Source: Alphaproteobacteria bacterium (GTDB taxonomy: Bacteria > Pseudomonadota > Alphaproteobacteria > Micropepsales > Micropepsaceae). Taken from it: a stretch of DNA of 64,000 nt. Made by a program: the position numbers and the translations under genes. The notes beneath the pieces are model-generated. The model searched no databases. It was not told where the DNA came from and saw only the letters and a program-made list of their open reading frames with translations. Of this stretch, positions 47,078 to 56,620 are shown piece after piece; position 1 is the first letter of the stretch, and the number at the start of each line of letters is the position of its first letter. The stretch is from positions 1,973 through 65,972 of the forward strand of contig JAFAWQ010000017.1 of NCBI GenBank assembly GCA_019241645.1, given 5' to 3'.

Positions 47078-47448
47078 AGCGTGGAGATTCCGGAACCGCC
47101 CTTGTCGAGGCGTTGATCGGCTCAGCCATCGTCGCACTGACCCTTGCTGCCATGTATCGCGCCATGGCCGACACCGCCGCCCGCAACCGGATGGCGGCCG
47201 AGCGGCGTTTCGGCACCCTCATCGCCCAGTCGGAACTGGCGACGGTGGGTCCGCTGATTCCGGTGGAGCCCGGCGTGACGACCGGTGTCGAGGTCGGCTT
47301 TCCGTGGCGGATCCAGATAGAGCCGCTCTCCGTGACCCTGCCGCCCAGCAACGCAGGACAAGTCTGGCGTGTCACCGTGTCGGTGCGAAATCCCAAAGGG
47401 CGCCTGCTTTCATCGCTGACGACGCTGGCGCTTGGAAAGAATACGTGA
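47074..47448 (+). CDS. gspI: Minor pseudopilin
   Basis: SG|TALVEALIGSAIVAL; 124 aa; ATGA coupling. Confidence 0.78.
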   Translation: MKRGDSGTALVEALIGSAIVALTLAAMYRAMADTAARNRMAAERRFGTLIAQSELATVGPLIPVEPGVTTGVEVGFPWRIQIEPLSVTLPPSNAGQVWRVTVSVRNPKGRLLSSLTTLALGKNT

Positions 47449-48116
47449 TGACCGACCGCTCGGCCGGATACGCGCTTGTGGAGTTGCTGGCAACGCTGGT
47501 GATCGTCGGCTTCACCAGCGCGCTGATGATTTCCGGCCTCGGCTCAAGCCGCAGAGTGTGGGACCACATGGATGCGTCGAACAGCATGGGCGACGCGATT
47601 GCCGGAACGCAGAATCTCTTGCGCGATCGTCTGGAGCGAATTTTTCCAGCCACGCGATACGACAAGATTCCATCCTATGCCGACATGGACGGTGTCGCCG
47701 ACAAGTTCGCGTTCTTGTCTTCGCCGCGCGATGCCGGCGCGCCGTCGCCGCTTCGGCGATACCAACTGAACGTTGCTCCCAACGGCGATCTGGTTCTATC
47801 GTCGATCAGCGATGTGGCCGCCGACCCCACGCAGGGGGTCGAGAACCTTGTACTGTTGCACAATGTGCAGGGCCTCGATATTGCCTATTACGGGGTGGCG
47901 CCTCCGGACAATCGTCCGGGCTGGCGTTTTGCGTGGCAACTTCGCCCCGCGCCTCCGCAATTGATCCGTATTCGCGTGCAGTTCGCGCCTCAGGATCCGC
48001 GGGTGTGGCCGGAATTGCTTGTGAAGCCGGTTGTCACCGTCGATTCGATGTGCGTGCTGATGGTGACGACAAAAAGCTGCCGCGGCCGGGCAGTCGTGCG
48101 GCCGGTCGGAAGTTAG
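47448..48116 (+). CDS. gspJ: Minor pseudopilin
   Basis: AG|YALVELLATLVIVG; C-terminal W...P.LIRI..WPEL pattern; start at ATG 47448. Confidence 0.8.
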   Translation: MTDRSAGYALVELLATLVIVGFTSALMISGLGSSRRVWDHMDASNSMGDAIAGTQNLLRDRLERIFPATRYDKIPSYADMDGVADKFAFLSSPRDAGAPSPLRRYQLNVAPNGDLVLSSISDVAADPTQGVENLVLLHNVQGLDIAYYGVAPPDNRPGWRFAWQLRPAPPQLIRIRVQFAPQDPRVWPELLVKPVVTVDSMCVLMVTTKSCRGRAVVRPVGS

Positions 48117-48124
48117 AGGCGTCA

Positions 48125-49159
48125 GTGAATTTCAAGGACCTCCTGCATACCGATCACGAAGCCATCCTGCAGTGGCTGCTGCATGCTTTTCGATGGTGGG
48201 TCGATGAACTGATGGGCATGGTGCCGCCGCAATGGAGAGACCGTTTTCTCCGCCGCAGTTCGATCGTCGCCGAGATCACGGAAAAAGGCATTGTGTATCG
48301 CGATGAGGACACAGGCGAGATATTGCCGGCAAAGCCGCGCCGCTCGATCAAGGTGCTGTTGCCGTCGGATCAGGTGCTGACGCGGCAGATCGATCTGCCG
48401 ATCCTTCCCGCCAGCGACGTGAAGCGGATGGTGGCGCTGGACCTCGATCGCCTGACTCCCTTCCGCGCCGACCAGGTGCTGTTCGATACAGAAGTGGTGT
48501 CTCGCGACGAGGAGAAGGGACGGCAAAAACTTCTTCTCGGCGTGCTTCCCCGAAGCGTAATCGGAAAAGTGATCGAGTTTGCGCGCACGCACGACATCGA
48601 ACCGGCAGGCGTCGCGGTGGTTTCGCCGGTAAGCGGCCGCGCGGCGCTCGATTTCCTGCCGGCGCTCCGTCATGCGGAGGGGGGCGATGCCGCGCGGCGG
48701 CGGGCGGTTTACTGGTGGGCCGCGGCGGGCGTCCTGCTCGCGTTCAACGTCATCATGCTGACCTATCGCGACATCAACGCCACCAACCAGCTGCGCGAAG
48801 CCGTGGAATCCCAGCAGGCCCCGGTAACCGTGGCCATGCGGTTGCGTAACCAGGTCCAGAAGGAAGGCGCGCGCCGTTCCGCGCTGCTCAAGCAGCAGGG
48901 CCAAGACGCCCCCCTTCCGATGATCGAGGCTGTCACCAACGCCATGCCGGAGGGCACCTGGGTCGAGCGCTTCGAATGGAATGGCCGCACGGTTCATATA
49001 CGCGGCATTCGCAACAACACGCCAAATCTGCTCGCCAGGCTGGAAAGTTCTCCGCTGCTGCGGAACGCGCATTCGCTGACCACCGATCCGCACGCCGCGA
49101 TGGCGGCCAGCGGCTCGTTCGATCTGGCCGCCGAGCGTGAAGGGGAGCGCGCGCGATGA
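48125..49159 (+). CDS. gspL: GspL/PilN-like assembly protein
   Basis: FRWWVDEL N-terminus, LDLDRLTPF, TM segment, PilN-like MPEGTWVERFEW; start at GTG 48125. Confidence 0.8.
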   Translation: MNFKDLLHTDHEAILQWLLHAFRWWVDELMGMVPPQWRDRFLRRSSIVAEITEKGIVYRDEDTGEILPAKPRRSIKVLLPSDQVLTRQIDLPILPASDVKRMVALDLDRLTPFRADQVLFDTEVVSRDEEKGRQKLLLGVLPRSVIGKVIEFARTHDIEPAGVAVVSPVSGRAALDFLPALRHAEGGDAARRRAVYWWAAAGVLLAFNVIMLTYRDINATNQLREAVESQQAPVTVAMRLRNQVQKEGARRSALLKQQGQDAPLPMIEAVTNAMPEGTWVERFEWNGRTVHIRGIRNNTPNLLARLESSPLLRNAHSLTTDPHAAMAASGSFDLAAEREGERAR

Positions 49160-49713
49160 GGCCGCTGGGACAAAGAGAACGGCGGATGGTGGCGCTTGGC
49201 GTGCTGTTCGTGCTTGTTGCCATTGTCGTGCTCGGCGTCATCGTTCCGGTCATCGGCGGAATGGCGGCGCGGGCGCTTGAGCGGAGCGAGCTGCGCGAAA
49301 CCTATCTTCGCAATCAGCGGGTGCTGGCGGAAATTCCGCTGTGGCGCGCGCAGGCGGTGGAGCAGAAATCAACGGCCGGCCAGTATGCAATGGTGGCGCC
49401 CACCGAGGCACTCGCCGCCGAAATGCTGAAGCAGCGTCTGAACCGCATGACCAGCGAACAGGGTGGCACGGTGCAGACGGTTTCCGAAATTCAGGGGGAT
49501 GTCCCCGAAGGCTGGGTCAAGGTTCGCGCCGATCTGCAGCTCACAATTGCGCAGTTGTACAAGAGCCTGGCGCGGCTCGAAAGCGAGGCACCTTATGTCG
49601 TTGTTGGATACCTTTCGGTCGCTGCCGACCGCGCGGCAAAGACTGGGCACGCTGCCCCGATGGATGTCCGGATTGAGGTCTCGGCTCCCGTCCGGACTGG
49701 GCAGCCGTCGTAG
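49156..49713 (+). CDS. gspM: GspM-like assembly protein
   Basis: RERRMVALG TM, coiled coil, ferredoxin-like LARLESEAPYVVV. Confidence 0.8.
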   Translation: MRPLGQRERRMVALGVLFVLVAIVVLGVIVPVIGGMAARALERSELRETYLRNQRVLAEIPLWRAQAVEQKSTAGQYAMVAPTEALAAEMLKQRLNRMTSEQGGTVQTVSEIQGDVPEGWVKVRADLQLTIAQLYKSLARLESEAPYVVVGYLSVAADRAAKTGHAAPMDVRIEVSAPVRTGQPS

Positions 49714-49729
49714 CCCGGAACTTCTGCCG

Positions 49730-50251
49730 GTGCTGGCGACCACCGTTCTGCTGGTGGCCGTCGCCTTCCAGATTGCCATGCCGCCCTCGGTTGAACTGCC
49801 GCGCAATAGCGCAGTGGCGCCGCGCCAGCCTGTTGCGCTGGCCGCTCCCACCGCGAAGAGCTACCCAGCCGTCCTTGCCAGGCCGATATTCGCGCCAGAC
49901 CGCGCGCCGGTTGTTTTGCAGGCGCCGTCCGCGGGCAATCTGGCGGGTTTCGAAGTTCTCGGCACGGCGATCGCCGGGAAAACCTCGGCAGCACTCCTGC
50001 GCGAATCCAGCGGCCGGATCATCCGCATCAAGCCTGACGATGTGATACAGGGTTGGCACCTGGTCTCCATAGAGCGCGCGCAACTCACCTTCGATCGCGA
50101 CGGGGAGCGCCGCCTGCTCGCGGTGACGGCCGTTGCACCGAAGACCGGAGTCAATCCCCAGCTCGCGGCCTCGCATTCGAGCAGCAGCAGCGATGACGAT
50201 GACGAAGATGACGACAGCAGCAGCAACAGCAGTGATGATGACGATGAATAA
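49730..50251 (+). CDS. GspC/XpsN-like protein with acidic tail
   Basis: TM, RPIFAPDRAP motif, HR-like domain (VLGTAI..IQGWHLVSIE), Ser/Asp tail; start approximate. Confidence 0.7.
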   Translation: MLATTVLLVAVAFQIAMPPSVELPRNSAVAPRQPVALAAPTAKSYPAVLARPIFAPDRAPVVLQAPSAGNLAGFEVLGTAIAGKTSAALLRESSGRIIRIKPDDVIQGWHLVSIERAQLTFDRDGERRLLAVTAVAPKTGVNPQLAASHSSSSSDDDDEDDDSSSNSSDDDDE

Positions 50252-52412
50252 AACCATGATCCGGTTCGCACCGCTGGGTGCGCTTTTGCTGGCGTTGACC
50301 GGCTCGGCCGCCGCGCAAAGTCCACAACCCCTGACGCAGCCTCCCGGCGCGTCCAGTTCCGCCGTCTATCCCGGGACGCAACAATTCACGGCCGGCCCGC
50401 GCCGGCCGGCCGGCGGCGGAGCCAAGGGCGATGTCACGCTGAACTTCCCCAATGCTGACGTGCACGAAGTGGCGAAGGCTCTTCTCGGCGATATCCTTGG
50501 CGTGAACTACGCGGTCGATCCCCTGGTGCAAGGGAACGTCACGGTGGAGACGGCGCGGCCCGTCGCCCGCAAGGACGTGCTTCCAATCTTCGAGGATGCG
50601 CTGCGCGCCGCCAAGATGGCGCTGGTGCGCCAAGGCGATGTCTACACGGTGGTGGCGCTGGATAAGGCCCAACGTCAGCCACAGCTCCTTCCCGAAACCT
50701 CGGCCGGTTTCGGCAACGAAGCGATCCAGCTTCGTTACGTCAACGCCGTGGAGCTGAAGAAACTGCTCGATCCGCTGGTGCCCGAGCACGCGATCGCGCA
50801 GGCTGACGTGTCGCGCAACATACTGCTGATCACCGGTACCGCGGGAGAGCGCAAATCCATCCGGGAGCTGGTGCGTCAATTCGATGTCGACTGGATGCGC
50901 GGCATGTCGTTCGCCTTGCTCGTCCCAACGCGCACCGACATGCATGTGCTCCTGCCCGAGCTCGATGCGATGGTGAACAGCAAGGATTCGCCCACCGCCG
51001 GTCTCGTTCGCCTTGTCCCCATTGAGCGTTTAAACGGCATTTTGGCGATCTCGGCACAGCCGCGCTACCTGGCGCAGCTCAAGAAATGGGTTGGGATTCT
51101 AGATCGCGCGAGCGCGGACAATGAGCGCAAGCTGTTCGTCTATCACGTGCAAAACGGCCGCGCGTCCGATCTCGCCACCGTTCTGGTGGGAGCATTCGGC
51201 GGCCAGCCCGCGCAGCAACAGCAATCGACCACGCCCAATCTGACCGCGACCGGACAATCCTCAACCATCCCGGGCTACCGTCCAACCTTCGGCGGGCAGC
51301 CCGGGGGCACCTCGACAGGCACGGCGGTGCAGCCAGGTATGGGCACCACGGGAGCAGGTGGCTTCCAGAGCAGCTCGACGCTTGGTTCCAGCTCCGGTTT
51401 CCAATCCGGCGCCACGAGCGCAATCGGTAGCCAGAGCGGCGATAGCGGAGCCTCCGGAACGCAGCAACCGAACTCCATTGTCTCGCAAACGCTTATGCTG
51501 CCGGGCCAGATCACGCCAATCAGCATCACGTCCGATGACGGGAACAATTCGCTCGTCTTCTATTCGACGCCCCGGCAATACGGCCTTATCGAAGACGCAC
51601 TGCGCCAGCTCGACGTGCTGCCGCTTCAGGTCCTCATTGAAGCTGCCATCACCGAAGTGACGCTGAACAACGAACTGGCGTATGGCGTGCAGTGGCGATT
51701 TGGCGGCAGTGGAGGGGAGGCGGCACTGACGCAGAGCACGGATAACGGCCTTTTGCGCGTTTTCCCTGGCTTCTCCTATTTCTTTGCCAACAGCAGCGGA
51801 AACATCGCGGTCGCTCTGAACGAACTATCAGACCTCACCACGATCAAGGTGTTGTCCGCGCCGAAAGTCATGGTGCTCAACAACCACACCGCGGCGCTGC
51901 AAGTCGGCGACCAGGTGCCGATCCTTTCGGCGCAGGTGACATCGACCATAACGTCCGACCCCGCCATCACCAATCAGGTCGAATACAAGGACACCGGCGT
52001 CATATTGAACGTAACCCCCCGCGTGAATGACAGCGGTTTGGTGCTCCTCGACATCTCGCAGGAGGTCAGCGATGTCGCGGAGACCACCACATCCGGCATC
52101 AACTCGCCCACCATCCAGGAACGCAAGATCGCAAGTTCGATCGCCGTCAAGGATGGCCAGACAATCGCGCTTGGCGGCCTTATCCGCGATAACAACACCC
52201 AGACGAAAACAGGCATTCCTTATCTCAATGACATCCCGTTTCTCGGATTTATTTTCGGCCAGACTGACAACAAGGATAAGCGAACGGAATTGCTGGTGCT
52301 GCTGACCCCGCGAGTTATTCGCAACGCGCAGGATGTAAAGACCATCACCGACGAACTGCGCGAGAAAATTCACGCCATCGTGCCGTTGCCGCCGGCCGAT
52401 ACGAAGCCGTGA
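50244..52412 (+). CDS. gspD: T2SS secretin
   Basis: Signal peptide; LNFPNAD, LDVLPLQVLIEAAI, AALQVGDQVP, YKDTGVILNVTPRV, TIALGGLI, RTELLVLLTPRVI. Confidence 0.96.
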   Translation: MNKTMIRFAPLGALLLALTGSAAAQSPQPLTQPPGASSSAVYPGTQQFTAGPRRPAGGGAKGDVTLNFPNADVHEVAKALLGDILGVNYAVDPLVQGNVTVETARPVARKDVLPIFEDALRAAKMALVRQGDVYTVVALDKAQRQPQLLPETSAGFGNEAIQLRYVNAVELKKLLDPLVPEHAIAQADVSRNILLITGTAGERKSIRELVRQFDVDWMRGMSFALLVPTRTDMHVLLPELDAMVNSKDSPTAGLVRLVPIERLNGILAISAQPRYLAQLKKWVGILDRASADNERKLFVYHVQNGRASDLATVLVGAFGGQPAQQQQSTTPNLTATGQSSTIPGYRPTFGGQPGGTSTGTAVQPGMGTTGAGGFQSSSTLGSSSGFQSGATSAIGSQSGDSGASGTQQPNSIVSQTLMLPGQITPISITSDDGNNSLVFYSTPRQYGLIEDALRQLDVLPLQVLIEAAITEVTLNNELAYGVQWRFGGSGGEAALTQSTDNGLLRVFPGFSYFFANSSGNIAVALNELSDLTTIKVLSAPKVMVLNNHTAALQVGDQVPILSAQVTSTITSDPAITNQVEYKDTGVILNVTPRVNDSGLVLLDISQEVSDVAETTTSGINSPTIQERKIASSIAVKDGQTIALGGLIRDNNTQTKTGIPYLNDIPFLGFIFGQTDNKDKRTELLVLLTPRVIRNAQDVKTITDELREKIHAIVPLPPADTKP

Positions 52413-53254
52413 AAACCGCGCGCGACAGCGGCTATGCCATGCTGGCGGCGATTCTCGGAATCGCCGCATTCAGCTACGTTTCCTTTCAGGTCCTGGCCGA
52501 GAATCGCGGCATCATTTCGGTTGTCCAGGCGGAGACCGAGCGAGCCAGGCTGACGGCTGCGTGCAATGCGGGCTTGACGCTTGCGATCCAGGGTCTGGCG
52601 AGCAAGGACAAGAAGCAGCAATGGCTGATCGACAGTACGAAGCGCACGCTGAAATTCGATGACGTGACGCTGACCATCATCGTGGAAGATGAGCGCGGCA
52701 AGGTTCCGCTTAACGGAATCAACGAAGACCAGGTTCACGACCTCTTCCGCACGGCGGGAGTTTCCGGCTCCCGGCTCAGCACGCTGGTCGACAGCTACGA
52801 GGACTGGATCGACCCGGACAATCAGCGCCGCGACAGTGGCGCAGAGGCTCCGCAATACGCGGCTCTCGGCTACAAGCCGCGCAACGGCAGTTTTCATACC
52901 ATTTCCGAGATACGATACCTCAAAGGGATGGATGACGATCTTTACGCGCGCGTGGCTCCCGCCATAACGACATTCTTTGGTGAAAGTGGCGGCTTCAGCG
53001 AGGGCACTTCTCAGGTTCTGGCCTTGGCAGCCCTCAGCGAAGTGGGGCTGGATTCCAGCGACGTCATTCAGCGCCAGCAGGAGCTCGCAGGATTGCGTCC
53101 CGCACCCGATGTCAGGGATCCACCCTACCTGATCGGACGCACGCTGACTGTGCGCGTCGAAGCGAGCCGTGCCGGAGCCGATATCAAACGGTCGGCTATC
53201 GTCGAGCTGACGGCAAACCCCAACGATCCAGTGTGGGTGCGCTACCTGGAATAA
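52409..53254 (+). CDS. gspK: Minor pseudopilin K
   Basis: SG|YAML without E5, DERGKVPLN, DWIDPD, EIRYLKGM. Confidence 0.88.
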   Translation: MKTARDSGYAMLAAILGIAAFSYVSFQVLAENRGIISVVQAETERARLTAACNAGLTLAIQGLASKDKKQQWLIDSTKRTLKFDDVTLTIIVEDERGKVPLNGINEDQVHDLFRTAGVSGSRLSTLVDSYEDWIDPDNQRRDSGAEAPQYAALGYKPRNGSFHTISEIRYLKGMDDDLYARVAPAITTFFGESGGFSEGTSQVLALAALSEVGLDSSDVIQRQQELAGLRPAPDVRDPPYLIGRTLTVRVEASRAGADIKRSAIVELTANPNDPVWVRYLE

Positions 53255-53932
53255 TCAGAGCGGCGGGCCATACAGCCAGACCAGCCAGAATGCGAAGCAT
53301 AGCGGGACGCCGAATGCGATCTGCTCGCGCAGCGCCCTCTTGCCGCGAAATGCCAGGGCGACACCGACCCAGACAAATCCTGCAAGACAGGCAATGAGGA
53401 TCACGGAGGGCAGCGGTGGCCAGCCGAGCCATGCGCCCGCGGCAGCCGCAAGTTTGGCGTCGCCCAGCCCCAATCCTTCGTGGCCGCGCGATTGCCGGTA
53501 CAGCCAGCTGACCGCGTAGAGCACGCTAAATCCAGCGGCCGCACCGATGAGATGGGCCACAGGATCCCGGTCGGGGAGGAAGAACGACAAGAGCAGGCCA
53601 GACCCAGTCAGGGGGAACGTCAGAAGGTCCGGCAGACGGAAGGAAAGCGCGTCTATCGCGCACAGCACCAGAAGCGTCCAACCAAGCAGCAGGGTGGCGG
53701 CGAGCAGATAGCCCACGGGCACGATGGTGGCTGCCCAAATAAACGTAACGGCGGCTGCCGCTATCATCGGGGCGGCGAGTGGCTGTGTCGTCTGCGTCTC
53801 TCTCCTGACCAGAATTGCGCCAGCCCAGCCGGCGGGAACACTGATCGCCGCAGCTACGCCCAACGTGGCGAAATGAGAGGGAAAAATCATCCTTGCTGCC
53901 ATGCCGACAGATGGGAAGTCTGTGGTCGACAA
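53255..53932 (-). CDS. A24 prepilin peptidase lacking N-terminal zinc domain
   Basis: IDALSFRLPD and GLGDAKL catalytic Asp motifs, IAFGVPL; no CxxC pairs. Confidence 0.88.
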   Translation of the reverse strand: MSTTDFPSVGMAARMIFPSHFATLGVAAAISVPAGWAGAILVRRETQTTQPLAAPMIAAAAVTFIWAATIVPVGYLLAATLLLGWTLLVLCAIDALSFRLPDLLTFPLTGSGLLLSFFLPDRDPVAHLIGAAAGFSVLYAVSWLYRQSRGHEGLGLGDAKLAAAAGAWLGWPPLPSVILIACLAGFVWVGVALAFRGKRALREQIAFGVPLCFAFWLVWLYGPPL

Positions 53933-54078
53933 CAGTTGGGCCGGGCGCCACGTGACTCGAAGGTTTTGTCGGAGACCGGTTGCGATTCGGTCTGGCTTGA
54001 AGGCATGATGGGCACACGCGACCAGCCTGTGCCGGGGGGTAGGCGCGCTTTCATTTTGCCCGGACGGTCACGTTGAAA

Positions 54079-54816
54079 ATGGCACATCTCGAAAATGGTG
54101 ATTCCGCGCCTCTGGCTATGGCGTCCGCCCGGGGCACGGTCAAATGGTTCAATTCGACTAAAGGTTACGGCTTCATAACGTTGGACAATGGCGGCGATGC
54201 TTTCTGCCATGCCTCGGCATTGGCCGCGATCGGCACGCCCGATATGCCGACTGGAGCCACCGTGGTTTGCGATCTCCAGGATTCGCCACGCGGGCTCCAG
54301 GTGGTCGCGGTCCATAGTGTCGATACCAGTACTGCCGAGCAGGCCCCGTCGCGCCGTCCTCGTCAGGGCGGCTATGGTGATCGTCACGGCGGTGGCGACC
54401 GGTTTGGCGGCGGCGGTGACCGTTTCGGCGGCGGCGGCGACCGGTTTGGCGGCGGAGATCGTTTCGGCGGTAGCGACCGCTACGGCGATGACAGATTTGG
54501 CGGCGGCGGCCGCTTCGGGGGTGGTGACCGATTTGGCGGTGGGGGCGGCGGCCGGTTCGGCGGCGGCGACCGATACGGCGGTGGCGGCCGGGACTCTGGG
54601 CCGACCGGACCGATGGTCGAGGGCAAGGTCAAATTCTATAACGAGCAGAAAGGTTTCGGCTTCGTCATGTCGGAAACCGGCGGCGGCGATGTGTATGTCC
54701 ACGCCAGCGCCCTGCGCCGGTCGGGGATTTCGGCCTTGGGGCCCGAGCAGCGCATCCGATATTCGACACGGCAGGGCATGAAGGGCGTCGAGGTCGACCG
54801 GATCGAGGTTCTTTAG
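54079..54816 (+). CDS. Tandem cold-shock-domain protein with Gly/Arg/Phe-rich linker
   Basis: CSD1 GTVKWFNSTKGYGFI and CSD2 GKVKFYNEQKGFGFV..DVYVH flank 11 R[FYH]G repeats. Confidence 0.92.
   Translation: MAHLENGDSAPLAMASARGTVKWFNSTKGYGFITLDNGGDAFCHASALAAIGTPDMPTGATVVCDLQDSPRGLQVVAVHSVDTSTAEQAPSRRPRQGGYGDRHGGGDRFGGGGDRFGGGGDRFGGGDRFGGSDRYGDDRFGGGGRFGGGDRFGGGGGGRFGGGDRYGGGGRDSGPTGPMVEGKVKFYNEQKGFGFVMSETGGGDVYVHASALRRSGISALGPEQRIRYSTRQGMKGVEVDRIEVL
54379..54591 (+). repeat. Coding low-complexity (D)R[FYH]G2-6 repeat
   Basis: 11 imperfect units with varied synonymous codons. Confidence 0.85.
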
Positions 54817-54840
54817 GGCGCCTTGCGACTGTTGCTGTGC

Positions 54841-54862
54841 GCGCAGGCCAGACCTGCGCTTG
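54841..54862 (+). terminator. Possible hairpin terminator after the csp gene
   Basis: GCGCAGG-CCAGA-CCTGCGC with only a short T run. Confidence 0.35.
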
Positions 54863-54901
54863 AGCGGCCGTCAGTAACCATTGATTAGAATGCATGCGCG
54901 A

Positions 54902-54936
54902 CTATATAGGATCGATTTATATCGGGCCTATATAGG
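54902..54936. promoter_or_regulatory. Probable PadR operator
   Basis: Palindromes CTATATAG (54902-54909) and CCTATATAGG (54927-54936) just upstream of the padR ATG. Confidence 0.5.
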
Positions 54937-54944
54937 CTAGGGGC

Positions 54945-55475
54945 ATGGACGTTCGCTCGATTTGTCTCGGTATCCTCACGCGTGGGGAGGCCACCGGATA
55001 CGAGATCCGGAAGGTCTTCGAGGGCAGCGGCTTTCAGCACTTTGCTGAGGCGAGCTTTGGCTCGATCTATCCGGCGCTCAGCCGACTGACGGAGGAGGGT
55101 CTCGTCTCCGTCCGCGAGGAGGCACAAAAGAAGCGGCCGGATCGAAAGGTGTATTCAATCACACCCGCGGGCCGATCTGCGTTTCTCGCGGGACTGATGA
55201 AGACCTTGCCGGAGGACCGGCATCGATCGCCGTTCCTGTTCGCGATGCTGTTTTCCGATTTGCTTCCGGGCAGCCGGGTTCGCTTCCTGGTGGACGATTA
55301 CATTGCCCAAGGCGAGCAAAAGCTCGCGCAACTTGAACGGAAGCAAAAAGAGACGCTTTTGCCGGGCGAGCGCTTTGCGATCGGTCTCGGCCACACCATG
55401 TACACGGCAATGCTCGAGTTCCTGCGGATGCATCGCGGCGAAATCGAGGAACAGTTACCTCAGGCGGCGGAGTAG
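54945..55475 (+). CDS. PadR-family regulator
   Basis: ATGYEI, GSIYPAL, RPDRKVYSIT, helical C-domain. Confidence 0.92.
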   Translation: MDVRSICLGILTRGEATGYEIRKVFEGSGFQHFAEASFGSIYPALSRLTEEGLVSVREEAQKKRPDRKVYSITPAGRSAFLAGLMKTLPEDRHRSPFLFAMLFSDLLPGSRVRFLVDDYIAQGEQKLAQLERKQKETLLPGERFAIGLGHTMYTAMLEFLRMHRGEIEEQLPQAAE

Positions 55476-55486
55476 GGCGGAACGTC

Positions 55487-56620
55487 ATGGCGAGGAAAAA
55501 TTTGAACGGTATTCGTGACTGGTGGGACCGGGTGCAACCCAGCTTCTGGCGCCGCATGACTTCGGGATATCGAGCCGCGCTCGTCATCCTGCTTCTGGTG
55601 GTTGTGTGGATCGGCTCGGGCATATTCCGCGGCGGATCCGCGACAGGAGAACAAGACGCTGCCGCCAAGCCCAACGAGGTGCCGCGCGTGCAGGTCAAAA
55701 CGCTCGCGGCCGCCGATCGCGATGCGACCCTCACCATACGCGGCCGGACGCAGTCGCTGCATTGGGTGGATACGCGCGCGCAGGTGGATGGCGTGGTGCG
55801 CGCCATTCATTTCGAGAAGGGCGACAAGGTCAAAGCGGGAGATGTGCTCTGCGAGCTGATGGTGAACGATCGCGGCGCAAAGCTGGACCAGGCAAAAGCG
55901 TTGGTCGCGGAACGCGCGAAGGAGCATAACGCAGCCGAGAGCCTGTTGAAGCAGGGCGCGACATCGGAAACTTCGGCCAAGCAGGCAATGTCCGCACTCG
56001 AAGCAGCCCGTGCCGCGGAGCGCACGCAGCAGATCGAGCTCGCGAACACCAGAATCCGGGCGCCGTTTTCGGGCTTCGTGGACGACCGTTATGTAAACGT
56101 CGGCGATTACATGCGGGTTGGCGACAAATGCGAACTGGTGATTGCGCCACAACCCTTCCTCGCGGTCGGGACGGTCTCCGAGCATGACGTTGGCCAGATC
56201 CAGGTAGGCCAGACGGCGAGCGCCAATCTCGTCACCGGCGAAAAGGTGGACGGCAAAGTCTATTTCGTCGCGTCCAAGGCGGATCAGTCGACCCGCACAT
56301 TCCGCATCGAAGTCGAACTTCCAAATCCGGAGGGCAGGCTGCGGGATGGGGTGAGCGCCGATATCCACATTCCGGTGAAGGCGCTGAAGGCGATGCAGAT
56401 TTCGCCAGGCATTCTTGTCCTGAACGATAGCGGTGTCGTGGGCGTGCGCACGGTTGAGAGCGGGGTGGTCCACTTCAAGCCGGTCAACATCATTTCAGAC
56501 GGCCCGGAGGGCATGTGGGTGAGCGGCCTTCCCGAAGGTACCACGGTCATAACCGTTGGGCAGGAATTTGTCGCCGAGGGCTCGCGCGTGAAGACGGTTC
56601 GGGCAGGAGCGCGCGCATGA
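55487..56620 (+). CDS. RND efflux periplasmic adaptor
   Basis: TM anchor, GDKVKAGD and IRAPFSG lipoyl halves, TRTFRIE. Confidence 0.92.
   Translation: MARKNLNGIRDWWDRVQPSFWRRMTSGYRAALVILLLVVVWIGSGIFRGGSATGEQDAAAKPNEVPRVQVKTLAAADRDATLTIRGRTQSLHWVDTRAQVDGVVRAIHFEKGDKVKAGDVLCELMVNDRGAKLDQAKALVAERAKEHNAAESLLKQGATSETSAKQAMSALEAARAAERTQQIELANTRIRAPFSGFVDDRYVNVGDYMRVGDKCELVIAPQPFLAVGTVSEHDVGQIQVGQTASANLVTGEKVDGKVYFVASKADQSTRTFRIEVELPNPEGRLRDGVSADIHIPVKALKAMQISPGILVLNDSGVVGVRTVESGVVHFKPVNIISDGPEGMWVSGLPEGTTVITVGQEFVAEGSRVKTVRAGARA

Noticed and set aside
51200-51500. Gly/Ser/Thr/Gln-rich insertion in GspD
   Set aside because: Long disordered loops in the secretin N3 domain are well known.
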